DNA of 64,000 bases from Deltaproteobacteria bacterium (lineage in GTDB: Bacteria > Desulfobacterota > Deferrimicrobia > J040). The stretch's first letter is position 1. Every line of letters starts with the position of its first letter. Shown in pieces: positions 28,393-38,197 of the stretch. The stretch lies in assembly GCA_011773515.1 (NCBI GenBank), contig WVXK01000062.1:164928-228927 (forward strand), read 5' to 3'. The position numbers and the translations under genes are program-made. The notes below the pieces were generated by a model. That model saw only the letters and a program-made list of their open reading frames with translations, searched no databases and was not told the DNA's origin.

Positions 28393-30200
28393 TCTTCGTA
28401 GAGACTGTCGAGCAGGCGGCCGTATTTTTCCACGACAACTTTTCTCTTCACCTTGAGCGTTGGAGTAAGCTCGCCTGTTTCCTGGGAAAAGTCGTCGGGG
28501 AGGATAAGGAACCTCTTTACCGTCTCGAAGGATGCAAGCTTCGCGTTCACTTTGTCGACGCTTTTTTGAATCAAGTCGTTAACCTCCCTCCCGGTGGCGA
28601 GATCCTCATAGCTGTCGTATTGAATGCCCTGCTCCCTCGCCCAGGCCTCGATCTCTTCCCTGTTGAGGGTCATGAGCGCAACAAGGAACTTCTTTCTGTC
28701 TCCGTAAATGAAGGACTGGGAAACGAAGTTATCCATCTTGAGGAGATTTTCTATGTTTGCAGGAGGTATGTTCTTTCCCGATGCCGTTACGAGAATATCC
28801 TTCTTTCTGTCCGTAATCGTAAGAAAACCATCCTCATCTATCTCGCCGATATCACCCGTCTTCAGCCACCCATCTTCGGTTTTCGCATTTCTCGTGCCCC
28901 CGGGGTCATTCAGGTACTCTTTGAAGATGTTCTTTCCCCCGATCAGAATCTCACCATCTTCTACAATCTTGATCTGCACATCCGGGAGCGGCAGACCTAC
29001 CGTCCCGAATTTAAAATTGTCGAGTCTGTTGACAGAAGCCACCGTCGAGCACTCTGTGAGGCCATATCCCTCCAGGATCAACACATCCATTGCATGAAAA
29101 AACTCGGCAATCTCCTTTGCAAGGGGGGCTCCGCCGGAAATGAAAAACCTCAGTCTCCCGCCGATCCTCTCTTTGATCTTGTCGAAAACCAGCTTTTTTG
29201 CTACGGCAAACCTGACACCCAGCAGAAAGGGAATGGACTTCTTCTGCTGCCGCAAACGGGACACTTCTATGCCGGTTTCCAGGGCAAATCGGAAGATCTT
29301 TTTTTTCAGGGGAGACCCCTTCTCGACCATCTCCATCACCCTGTCATAAAACTTCTCATAGAGCCTCGGGACGCTGACCATGATATGAGGCTTGACCTCG
29401 GCCATGTTATCTCCCACGGCCTCCATACTTTCGGCGTAGGCGGAGACCAGATTGGCATCGAAGGAGATGAACTGTTCGATCCTGCCAAGGGTGTGGGCAA
29501 AAGGGAGAAAATGGAGCATTATCTCACCCTCCCTTATCTCTGTTGCCCTGATGGAGCAATTGACCATGAACCAAAAATTTTCCTGGGTGGTCACCACACC
29601 TTTTGGCGGCCCCGTCGTGCCGGAAGTGTAGATAACGGTTAAATCATCTTCCGGTTTTATCTCCCCGGCGACACGGTCGATAAAATCGGGGTCACGGTTT
29701 TGCGCTTCCTCTCCCATCTTCTGAAGCTCATTGAAGGAAATCACATCGGAGGGCTTCATGAGATCTGCTTCAATGGGTGTCATGGAGACGATCCACTTCA
29801 GGTCGGGAACGCTCTCCCGTATTGCGTTCACCTTCATCATCTGCTTTGCATCTTCAACGAAGATGGCCTTGGCTTTGCAATCTCCGAGTATGTATTCAAC
29901 CGTATCGGGGAGGAGTGAGTGATAGATGGGAACGGTGACAAACCCCCCCACGATACAGGCTGCATCGGCGAGAGTCCATTCAACCCTCGTGTAGGACAGA
30001 ATGCTCACCTTGTCCCCTTTTTCCAGACCGAGCGAATAGAGGCCGGCTGAAAGCAACCTGATAATTTTTCCCGCCTGCGCGCAGGTCATGTCCACCCAGG
30101 AATTGTCCCTCTTGTATCGAAACTTCACCTCATTCTTTCTGCTTTCAAGCCTGTCCAAGAACATGCGGGACAGGGTTTCATACCCCATCTGAACCTCCAT
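28389..30200 (-). CDS. Long-chain fatty acid--CoA ligase (AMP-binding enzyme)
   Basis: YTSGTTGPPKGV AMP-binding motif, 603 aa, GEIDEDGFLTITDRKKD C-terminal domain. Confidence 0.85.
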   Translation of the reverse strand: MEVQMGYETLSRMFLDRLESRKNEVKFRYKRDNSWVDMTCAQAGKIIRLLSAGLYSLGLEKGDKVSILSYTRVEWTLADAACIVGGFVTVPIYHSLLPDTVEYILGDCKAKAIFVEDAKQMMKVNAIRESVPDLKWIVSMTPIEADLMKPSDVISFNELQKMGEEAQNRDPDFIDRVAGEIKPEDDLTVIYTSGTTGPPKGVVTTQENFWFMVNCSIRATEIREGEIMLHFLPFAHTLGRIEQFISFDANLVSAYAESMEAVGDNMAEVKPHIMVSVPRLYEKFYDRVMEMVEKGSPLKKKIFRFALETGIEVSRLRQQKKSIPFLLGVRFAVAKKLVFDKIKERIGGRLRFFISGGAPLAKEIAEFFHAMDVLILEGYGLTECSTVASVNRLDNFKFGTVGLPLPDVQIKIVEDGEILIGGKNIFKEYLNDPGGTRNAKTEDGWLKTGDIGEIDEDGFLTITDRKKDILVTASGKNIPPANIENLLKMDNFVSQSFIYGDRKKFLVALMTLNREEIEAWAREQGIQYDSYEDLATGREVNDLIQKSVDKVNAKLASFETVKRFLILPDDFSQETGELTPTLKVKRKVVVEKYGRLLDSLYED

Positions 30201-30207
30201 CCTCCAG

Positions 30208-30975
30208 TTATTCGCCGTATTCGATTGCCAGGGTCACCGTATTGCTCCGTTTGTTCTTGCTGTTGAGAATCCAGCCGGTATATACCAGCCGCCTTACCTT
30301 TTTATCCATATGGGCAGTTTCGGTGAGCGTGAATATGGAATCCCCTTTCATTCTGTCACCGTGGGTCCCGTCATCATACAGGATATCGGTCCCGAATGTT
30401 ATGTTCCCCGTGTCGATATCCTTTGCATAATAGTAGAGGAGCACCGTCTCACCGACATATTCCTTATTCGAACTGAGATTGAACTCGACGACTTTTATCT
30501 CGAGCCTTCCCTGTTCTCCTTTCTCGAGGCGCGTCGGGTACCATATTATCTGGGCAAATATTTCGGAATCGACGTGACAGCTCAGGCAGAGCTTTTTTCC
30601 CGTGATTGTTTTCCTCTTGTGGACGGGTATTCTCTCGATAACATCGTGGCAGCTCGTGCATATGATCTTCCCGTCCCTGTCGAGGGGAAGCAGCTTCGTT
30701 CCCTCTGACGTCGGTGAAACAACCAGCGTCACCGGATGCTCGTGCTCGTAGTCCTCGTGACACTGGCCGCATATTTTGTCTATTTCCCCTTGAAAAAGCA
30801 GGTTTGCCTCCTGCCGGGACACGCCTTCCTCTTCGGGAACCCGGGTGTGACACTTGATGCAGTTTTCCCTTTCGCTGCTATCGTGAAAACCTTTGGGCCC
30901 CGATGCGGAAGTTGCGCCGGGGAGAGAAAACAGGCACAGCACTAACAAGAGCAAAAAGGTATTTCTCTCCATCAC
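30208..30975 (-). CDS. Secreted tetraheme c-type cytochrome with an extra C-terminal domain
   Basis: Signal peptide; four CxxCH motifs (CIKCH, CGQCH, CTSCH, CLSCH); ~100-aa non-heme C-terminal region. Confidence 0.75.
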   Translation of the reverse strand: MMERNTFLLLLVLCLFSLPGATSASGPKGFHDSSERENCIKCHTRVPEEEGVSRQEANLLFQGEIDKICGQCHEDYEHEHPVTLVVSPTSEGTKLLPLDRDGKIICTSCHDVIERIPVHKRKTITGKKLCLSCHVDSEIFAQIIWYPTRLEKGEQGRLEIKVVEFNLSSNKEYVGETVLLYYYAKDIDTGNITFGTDILYDDGTHGDRMKGDSIFTLTETAHMDKKVRRLVYTGWILNSKNKRSNTVTLAIEYGE

Positions 30976-32676
30976 CTACCCTTTCTCGCCTCTTCTCAAG
31001 AGAGACTTTATAAATGGTATCGCATCCTCGAAAGTCACTCTCCCATCCATCAGCAGATTGACCACAGAATCTTCAGGTCCCAGCCTGACATGGGACAGAA
31101 TTTTCTCCCGCTTCTCCTCCTCGGACTTATCCATCAACAGCTCCATCCGCACAGAAGGAGAAAATACAATGAGGTCAAAGAGGGCTGTTTTTCCCGTATA
31201 CCCTGTGCCGTCGCAGACTGCACATCCCGTTGGTATGAAGTATTTCAGCTTTCCCAGGAACTGTCCCTTGTCCGATTCTATCATCGCCCGGGAGAGATAC
31301 ATAGATGGGATGGTGGGAAGTTCCTTCTTGCAGACGTCACAGAGAATCCTCACCAGCTTTTGAAACACCAGCGCCTTCATCGACGAGGCAAGCACATAGG
31401 GGGAAATCTCCGAATTCACGATTCCCTTCAGGGCATCTTCCAGCGACTGGCTCTGAATCCCTGCGAAAACGCTCATCCTGCTCGAATCGATGCGACCCAT
31501 TTCACTCATGAGTCTTTCGACGGGAATGTTGTCGTACATCAGAATATCGGGTGAAAGAGTCCTGATAATTTTTTCAATCGACAGGTCCTCTTCCATCATC
31601 TTCTTCTCAATCTGTATGAACCCTTCGTTTTTATATCTTATGTCTTCCTCCATCGCCACGATCCGGAAAAATGGGTCCAGGGCGTGCCGGACCATTGAAT
31701 ACAGAGTCGTGGATACGCCATCGTACAGGGGTGAGGCAATCACGTATACCCCTTTTTCCCTGCGTATCATCCCGGTTATCGATTCAAGCTGATCCCCGTC
31801 GAATCCAAGATTTTCTAACGAGAGCTTTCCCAGGGCGTTCGGTATCACCTTCACCACCGCCTTTTTTGCACCGGCTCCTGAAATCAGAGCCACCTTGTAC
31901 ATGCCGAATCTCTTTCCTTTCCCCGTCTCGAGAATTCTCTCCTCGATCGTCGCGCTCCCCTTATGGAAGCCGCACAGCTTCTTGAGCCCAGAAAAGACAA
32001 ACTCCCCTACTTTTTCCTGTGTCTCGAGAAGGATAACGCTCCGGGAATCTTCGCGGCCCTCGATGATGAACTTTCCCAGCACATAGTGGAAGGTCATCAC
32101 CTCAATGCCCTCGATCCTCGCCATATAAAGTATTTCCGATACGAGGCCGATGCTGTCTCTCGTGCCCAGGAACTTGGCCACGTTGATCTCCTTCGAAAGC
32201 TCTCCCGATATGCTCCTCTCGGTTATAAAAACAGGTGGTGGATAGAGTCGCATGAGCGTTTTCTGGAGTGAATCCTTACCCACGAGCGCTACCCTGACCT
32301 TTTTTCCCGTCAACCCCTCGATCCGCCGGAACACTCTCGGGCGGAGAGGATTGTGAACACCGACCGTGACGAATTGATCATTCACCGAAAGGGGAATTAC
32401 CTCTTCCCCCCAAGCGATTTCCGAGGGTATGACTGGAGCCAAGGATACATCCACGTCTCCTTCCTTGAGCACCGCGAAGGGGATGTCAAAGTTTTGAGAA
32501 AAGATAAAGGGCAGGGCATCGGCAGAAACAAGCCCCGTCACCATGGCCTCCTCGAGGACATCCCTGCCGCTTCGGAGCGAGGCCTCCACGAGTTGGGAAA
32601 TGCTTTTTACGTCCAGAAGCTTGAGGGAAACGAGCTTTTCTACTATTTCCTTGCTCTTTTTCATAAACCCGTCCAC
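30976..32676 (-). CDS. GspE/PilB-like pseudo-ATPase: MshEN/T2SSE_N-like N-domain, degenerate secretion-ATPase core, intact C-terminal tetracysteine zinc finger
   Basis: N-terminal domain resembles the GspE N1 domain. Walker A is replaced by ASPLYDGVSTTLY and Walker B/Asp box by ILMYDNIPV. The His box is lost. The C-terminus retains LVFQKLVRILCDVC...CAVCDGTGYTGKTALFDL. Confidence 0.6.
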   Translation of the reverse strand: MDGFMKKSKEIVEKLVSLKLLDVKSISQLVEASLRSGRDVLEEAMVTGLVSADALPFIFSQNFDIPFAVLKEGDVDVSLAPVIPSEIAWGEEVIPLSVNDQFVTVGVHNPLRPRVFRRIEGLTGKKVRVALVGKDSLQKTLMRLYPPPVFITERSISGELSKEINVAKFLGTRDSIGLVSEILYMARIEGIEVMTFHYVLGKFIIEGREDSRSVILLETQEKVGEFVFSGLKKLCGFHKGSATIEERILETGKGKRFGMYKVALISGAGAKKAVVKVIPNALGKLSLENLGFDGDQLESITGMIRREKGVYVIASPLYDGVSTTLYSMVRHALDPFFRIVAMEEDIRYKNEGFIQIEKKMMEEDLSIEKIIRTLSPDILMYDNIPVERLMSEMGRIDSSRMSVFAGIQSQSLEDALKGIVNSEISPYVLASSMKALVFQKLVRILCDVCKKELPTIPSMYLSRAMIESDKGQFLGKLKYFIPTGCAVCDGTGYTGKTALFDLIVFSPSVRMELLMDKSEEEKREKILSHVRLGPEDSVVNLLMDGRVTFEDAIPFIKSLLRRGEKG

Positions 32677-32775
32677 GCCTCGCTTGCTTTCATACTTAAA
32701 AAACTTTATATAAAATTACTAAGGTTGTAAAATCTATTTAATTTCTTGAGCCGAATGACATTTGCTGCGGGATAA

Positions 32776-33774
32776 ATGGCAATGAAAAAGTTTTACCCTC
32801 TTGCATTTCCGGTTACCTTTGCCCTGCTCCTCCAGGGTTGTTTCGTAACTACTACGAAATACGATTCAAAAACCAAAGAAGCCGATATGTTGAGAAGCGC
32901 CCTCTCAGAGAGCAAGAAAAAAAACAATGCCCTCATTATTGAAATCGAGGAGATCAGCAAAACCGTCGATGCCCTCTCGAGTGAGCTGAACATTACCAAG
33001 AGCGAACTTTCAGCGCGGGGAGAAGAGGTCGAAAGGCTGCAGGGAACGGTCGAGGAACTTCAGAAAAGATACGATACCACGAAAATATCGAGGGAAACAC
33101 TGATAAGCGAACTTCTCGAAAAGGAGAAAAAATACTCTATTCAGATCAAGGAGCTTACGGTGGAAAACTCGAAGCTCGAAAATACGGTGGAAGCGCTGAA
33201 CGGGGAGGTTGGCGACCTAAAAACCCGTCTTGCATCGGCCGAAGTAAGGAGCAGCGACCTGGAAGAGCTCTCTTCGAAGGTCCACCTCCTCGAAGGGAGA
33301 ATCGCACGCCTGAAAGAGGAGATCGCTGATTTTCTCCCACTCTCCGGTGTCAGGCAGAAAGGGGCTGCTGCCCTCTCAGAGACTTACTCATCGCGATTCA
33401 TGGCCAGGGACATCTCCTTTCTCTTCGCCTCCGTACCTTTTGAAGCGGCGCTGGACAGTGACGGGAAAAAACTTTCAGAGGATTTTCACGACTTCCTTTC
33501 CACCCTCGTAGAACTCTGTGAGAGCGAAAAAGATTGCAAGATAGACATAATCGCAGCGGGAAGAACCCACGATGGAAGCCTGAAGTTTCTCAACGCCCTG
33601 AAGGACAAAGAGCTCGTCCTTATCAAGGCCCTGGAAAGTTTCACTTCATCGCTGGACAAAAAAGCAGATCTCATCAGGCGCAAGGGGCGTGTCACCGTGA
33701 TCGACAAAATGGGGGAAAAAGAAACGGACCGGGTGGACGTAAACATCTATCTCGTCCGGGAGCAGGCCGGGTAA
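32776..33774 (+). CDS. Coiled-coil lipoprotein (hypothetical)
   Basis: Signal peptide with an LLQGC lipobox-like site and ~180 aa of coiled-coil heptads, then a C-terminal alpha/beta region. Confidence 0.55.
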   Translation: MAMKKFYPLAFPVTFALLLQGCFVTTTKYDSKTKEADMLRSALSESKKKNNALIIEIEEISKTVDALSSELNITKSELSARGEEVERLQGTVEELQKRYDTTKISRETLISELLEKEKKYSIQIKELTVENSKLENTVEALNGEVGDLKTRLASAEVRSSDLEELSSKVHLLEGRIARLKEEIADFLPLSGVRQKGAAALSETYSSRFMARDISFLFASVPFEAALDSDGKKLSEDFHDFLSTLVELCESEKDCKIDIIAAGRTHDGSLKFLNALKDKELVLIKALESFTSSLDKKADLIRRKGRVTVIDKMGEKETDRVDVNIYLVREQAG

Positions 33775-33790
33775 CCCGTCAGCAGGCAGT

Positions 33791-35521
33791 TCACGCCCAG
33801 ATCGGAACCTTTCTGAATGCACGCACGTCGATAAAACCTTTATCCGTGATTCTGCCCTCCGGTATCACGGGAAGGGCGATAAAAGAAAGGATATTGACGA
33901 GGTCGATGCCGAGGGGGGAGATTTGTTCACATACCCCTTTCACCCTCTTCGTTTCCGAAACAACCCTCTCATACCTCGCGGTAGAAACGATTCCCCCCAC
34001 TTTCAGGGGAAGACGGGCACTTTCCCCCCGGCCGCTCAGGGCAGCTATCCCCCCTCCCATGCGGGCGACAAGCCCCGCCGCTGCAAACATCTCATCGTCC
34101 GACGCACCGGCCACCACCAGGTTGTGGGCATCGTGGGCAAATGTGAGCGCAATGGCGCCAGCGCGAAGATTCAGCCCCCTGACAAACCCTTTACCAATCC
34201 TCCCGGTACCCCCGTGGCGCTCGATGACGCACACTTTCACCAGGTCCCATGCCAGCACACTCGAGGCATACCTGCCCTGAAAAACATCCCCGGGAAGGGT
34301 AACGATCTCGTTTTTCAGCTGGCCGGGAATCACCTCTATTGCCTTTACGCTCTTTTTCCTCTTCTTTACCCTGAAGGTTTCTGGAGAGAATGCGGGAGGA
34401 AGGTGAACAGTCCTCCCTGTCCCCATGATCGACGGAGCATCTGCCTCCGCTACCGGTTCGCCAGACAGGTACCGAACCCTTCCCCCCACCAGCACCCTGT
34501 GCGGGACAAACTCAAAAAGGTCCTCGTAGATAACCAGGTCCGCGCGGTACCCGGGCGCAACCGCACCAAGGCTCGTGAGATTGAACCTCATGGCCGTGTT
34601 CAGGGTAACCATGCACAGAAGATTGATCGGGTCGATCCCCATCCTCGCTCCCTGGGCGAGAACCCTGCCCAGGTAGTTTCCATCTGCCATATCGAGAACA
34701 TTGAGGTCGTCAGATACAATCGAGATACGGCTGTTTCCCTGGTACTCTTCGATGAAGGGATAGAGGGCCTTCAGGTTCTGCGCAATCGACCCTTCCCGAA
34801 CCATCACGTGAAAACCCTTCGAAAGCTTTTCCTCGGCCTCCTCCGGGTCCTCCGTCTCGTGGTCCGAAGACACGCCGGTTACCCTGTATGCCGACAGGGC
34901 CTTTCCCCTCAGTCCCGGGGCATGACCCTCGAGGGGAAGCCCCTGGAAGAGTCTCACCTTCTCTATGAGATCTCTCTTTCCGAGCGTCAGCCCCTGATAG
35001 TCCATGACCTCGCCGAGGGCGATTACTTCACTGTACCCCCTGAGTATCGCCATGTCCTTCAGCCCAATCTTTCCTCCCGGTGACTCCAGGGGGGATGAGG
35101 GAACACAGGAAGGGCAGGAGTAATAAATCCTCACCGGTGATTGACGCGCCATATCGATCATCCACAAAACTCCCGGAAGGCCAAAAACATTTGCGATCTC
35201 GTGGGGGTCGGCTACAACGCACGTAACCCCGGAAGTAAGGCACAGGCGCCCAAACTCCTGGGGCGAGAGGAAGGTGCTCTCTATATGGGTGTGTCCATCG
35301 ATCAACCCGGGAGCCACGTACATGCCCGCTGCATCTATGACCTCCCGCGCACGGTAGTCTCCGAGACCGACGATATAACCATCCTTGACCGCAACGCTGG
35401 ATTTGCACAGTTTTCTCCTGAACACGTCGACTACGGTCCCATTTTCAATGACCAGGTCCGCCTCCCGGTCACCCCGCGCCGTCTCGACCAGCGTTGCGAT
35501 ATCCGGTTTCTTTCGGACCAT
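33791..35521 (-). CDS. ade: Adenine deaminase
   Basis: GLIDGHTHIE metal-binding motif, 576 aa. Sits directly downstream of a purine permease. Confidence 0.85.
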   Translation of the reverse strand: MVRKKPDIATLVETARGDREADLVIENGTVVDVFRRKLCKSSVAVKDGYIVGLGDYRAREVIDAAGMYVAPGLIDGHTHIESTFLSPQEFGRLCLTSGVTCVVADPHEIANVFGLPGVLWMIDMARQSPVRIYYSCPSCVPSSPLESPGGKIGLKDMAILRGYSEVIALGEVMDYQGLTLGKRDLIEKVRLFQGLPLEGHAPGLRGKALSAYRVTGVSSDHETEDPEEAEEKLSKGFHVMVREGSIAQNLKALYPFIEEYQGNSRISIVSDDLNVLDMADGNYLGRVLAQGARMGIDPINLLCMVTLNTAMRFNLTSLGAVAPGYRADLVIYEDLFEFVPHRVLVGGRVRYLSGEPVAEADAPSIMGTGRTVHLPPAFSPETFRVKKRKKSVKAIEVIPGQLKNEIVTLPGDVFQGRYASSVLAWDLVKVCVIERHGGTGRIGKGFVRGLNLRAGAIALTFAHDAHNLVVAGASDDEMFAAAGLVARMGGGIAALSGRGESARLPLKVGGIVSTARYERVVSETKRVKGVCEQISPLGIDLVNILSFIALPVIPEGRITDKGFIDVRAFRKVPIWA

Positions 35522-36859
35522 TTATGCTCCCGGGGAGATCAGGAAAAAGATTACAAAGAAAAGTGATGCAACAGCCATCACCGGGTGTACCTCCTTCACC
35601 TTTCCCCTGAAAAGCTTGATGAGGCTGTAGCTGATGAACCCGAAGCCGATGCCGTAGGATATGTTGTACGTCAGGGGCATGATGATTATCGTCAGGAATG
35701 CGGGAATGCCCGTATCGAAATCGCTGAAATCAATCTCGGAGACCAGGGAGACCATGAAGAATCCCACGAGGATCAGGGCCGGCGCCGTGACGGGATACCG
35801 GTAGACTCCCTCGGAAACCTGGACCCCCTTTCCTATAACCGAGATAAGAGGGGTCAGAAAGAGGGAGAGGAAAAAGAGAGATGCGGTGACGATCACCGAT
35901 AATCCGCTCCTCCCGCCCTCCGTCACTCCCGAGGCGCTCTCGATGTAACAGGTTATCGAGCTGCATCCGAAAAGTCCCCCGGCTACGGCCCCGATCGAAT
36001 CGACGACGAGGAGTTCCTTCAGGCGGGGTATCATTCCTTCATCGTCGAGGAAGCCGGCTTTCTCGCCGATGCCGATGGCCGTCCCCATGGTATCGAAGAA
36101 GTCCGTCATGAACAGGGAAAAGATCAGCGGCGCAAGGGCCAGGCTGAGAGCACCCCTGACATCCAGCGCAAGAAAAGTCGAAAAGTCCCGGGGAAGGCTG
36201 AAAAACCTGCCGGGCAGGGGGATGAGCTCGAAGATCGGCGTCATCCCGAGCAGCGCGGTCGTCAGAATGCCGATGAGAATCGCCCCCCTCACCCTCCTCG
36301 TTATCAGGATGGTGGTGATCAGCAATCCGGCGACCGTCAGGATGCTCTCTTTCGCGGTAACGTTTCCCAGTGCGACGATCGTGGCAGGGTGTTTTACGAC
36401 GATCCCTCCCTGCACGAGGCCGATAAAAGCTATGAGAACACCGATCGCCACGCCGATGGCATGCTTGAGAGGAAGGGGAATCGCCTCCATCACCATCCCC
36501 CTTAGCTTCGACAGCGAAAGCGCGAGAACGATAACTCCTTCGATAAAGACGACCCCCATAGCAACCTGCCAGGAATAACCCATCGCACCCACGATGGTAA
36601 ATGCGACGATGGCGTTTATCCCCATCCCCGGCGCAAGGGCGAGCGGGTAGTTCGTCATGGCCCCCATCAAAAACGTGACGAGCCCCGCGCCGATACAGGT
36701 AGCCACTGCCGCTCCCGTGAACGGGACGCCGGCAGCCGACAAAATTGCCGGATTCACGAAAATTATGTAAGCCATGGTCATGAATATCGTGACTCCCGCG
36801 GTAATTTCCGTCTTTACATTTGTCCCCAGTTCCTCGAGGTGGAAAAGGTCATTCCCCAT
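35522..36859 (-). CDS. NCS2-family purine (adenine/guanine/hypoxanthine) permease, AzgA-like
   Basis: Polytopic; N-terminus ...GTNVKTEITAGVTIFMTMAYIIFVNP is typical of AzgA/PbuG. The start was chosen at the internal Met (MGNDLF). Confidence 0.8.
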   Translation of the reverse strand: MGNDLFHLEELGTNVKTEITAGVTIFMTMAYIIFVNPAILSAAGVPFTGAAVATCIGAGLVTFLMGAMTNYPLALAPGMGINAIVAFTIVGAMGYSWQVAMGVVFIEGVIVLALSLSKLRGMVMEAIPLPLKHAIGVAIGVLIAFIGLVQGGIVVKHPATIVALGNVTAKESILTVAGLLITTILITRRVRGAILIGILTTALLGMTPIFELIPLPGRFFSLPRDFSTFLALDVRGALSLALAPLIFSLFMTDFFDTMGTAIGIGEKAGFLDDEGMIPRLKELLVVDSIGAVAGGLFGCSSITCYIESASGVTEGGRSGLSVIVTASLFFLSLFLTPLISVIGKGVQVSEGVYRYPVTAPALILVGFFMVSLVSEIDFSDFDTGIPAFLTIIIMPLTYNISYGIGFGFISYSLIKLFRGKVKEVHPVMAVASLFFVIFFLISPGA

Positions 36860-37165
36860 ACCCCGGACCTTCACGTGAACATCCTCCTCGCCAATCACCA
36901 AAACAAAAAAACCTCGATTTCCGAGAGCGATAGAGGTGGTGATTTGCCATTATCTACATAATAACGCCAAAATACGATAAAGTGAAAAGGAGACAGGCGA
37001 CAAACCTGGAGCGTATGCGCCAGAACGCCTGAATCCCGAAGACTTTTATAAATCATAATCTCCGGGCCGGGGAAAAGATACCCGTGGATCCGAAATCGAG
37101 AGAGTTCTGAAACCCCACCGGACAGCTTCGATTCCCAAACTCCTGTATCTCTCGGACTTTCTGAT

Positions 37166-38197
37166 ATGTTACAATCCCTTATCTTTCGACTCTTCTTACG
37201 GGTGAATGTTTTGAGCGAAAAAATCGCATTCGTAACCCATCCCGATTACACGAAACACTACCCTGCCTGCGACCACCCCGAATGTCCCGACAGAGTCAGA
37301 GTCATCGGCAATCTGATTGAAAATTCTCCCCTTGCAGCGTATGTTGACAAGATTCACCCTGAGCCTGCCCCCATCGAGCAGGTGACCCTCGTGCACTCTC
37401 CTGCATACCTTGAAAAACTCAAAACCGCCTGCAAAAATGGGAACTCCTGGTTTGACTACGAGGATACCTACATAAACGCATTCTCCTACGAGATTGCCCT
37501 TCTTTCGGCGGGGGGGTGTATCGGAGGGGCCAGGTCTGTCCTGGAAGGGTCCCATGAGCGAGCATTCTGCGCCGTCCGCCCTCCAGGGCATCACGCAGCG
37601 GAAGGCCTGGGAATGGGCTTTTGTCTCCTGAACAACATCGCCATCACCGCAAGAGTCGCGCAAAGGGAATGGGGTCTGGAGAAAATCATGATCTTGGACT
37701 GGGACGTCCATCACGGAAATGGAACGCAAGAGATCTTCGAAAAGGACCCTTCCGTTTTCTACGTATCTATTCACGAGCACCCCACCTTCATATTCCCCGG
37801 AACGGGGAGGAGGTGGGAAAGGGGCAGCGGGCCGGGCAGCGGATACTCGATGAACATCCCCCTCCCCCCCGGGGCAGGCGACAGCGAGTACATCCACTCC
37901 ATGGAATCTCTCGTCATACCCGCCATTAAAGAATTCGCACCCGACCTGATCCTCATATCGGCGGGATTCGACGCTCACAACAAGGATCCCCTCAGCGATA
38001 TGACAGTGACCGAAGAGGGCTTCAGAAAGTTAACCGCCCTGACACTCAAGGCATCAAGAGACTACTCGAGCGGAAAAGTCGTATCGATTCTTGAAGGGGG
38101 ATACCATCTGGAAGCATTGAGAGCATCAGTCCGCATGCACCTCGAGGAACTGGTTTTTTTTGGAAAGGAGGAGAAATGTTTGTCCGGCGAAGAATGA
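37166..38197 (+). CDS. Histone deacetylase-family enzyme (AcuC/acetoin utilisation-like)
   Basis: RPPGHHA...DWDVHHGNGTQ and GFCLLNNIAI motifs. The true start may be GTG 37202 or TTG 37211, the latter preceded by GGTGA. Confidence 0.8.
   Translation: MLQSLIFRLFLRVNVLSEKIAFVTHPDYTKHYPACDHPECPDRVRVIGNLIENSPLAAYVDKIHPEPAPIEQVTLVHSPAYLEKLKTACKNGNSWFDYEDTYINAFSYEIALLSAGGCIGGARSVLEGSHERAFCAVRPPGHHAAEGLGMGFCLLNNIAITARVAQREWGLEKIMILDWDVHHGNGTQEIFEKDPSVFYVSIHEHPTFIFPGTGRRWERGSGPGSGYSMNIPLPPGAGDSEYIHSMESLVIPAIKEFAPDLILISAGFDAHNKDPLSDMTVTEEGFRKLTALTLKASRDYSSGKVVSILEGGYHLEALRASVRMHLEELVFFGKEEKCLSGEE

Noticed and set aside
36860-37165. Searched for a purine riboswitch upstream of the adenine permease-deaminase operon
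   Set aside because: The minus-strand leader lacks the conserved purine-aptamer core (UAUA…GGGA…GUUUCUACC…CCGUAAAU). Only generic hairpins were found.
37196-37978. 260-aa minus-strand ORF
   Set aside because: It is antisense to the HDAC-family gene.
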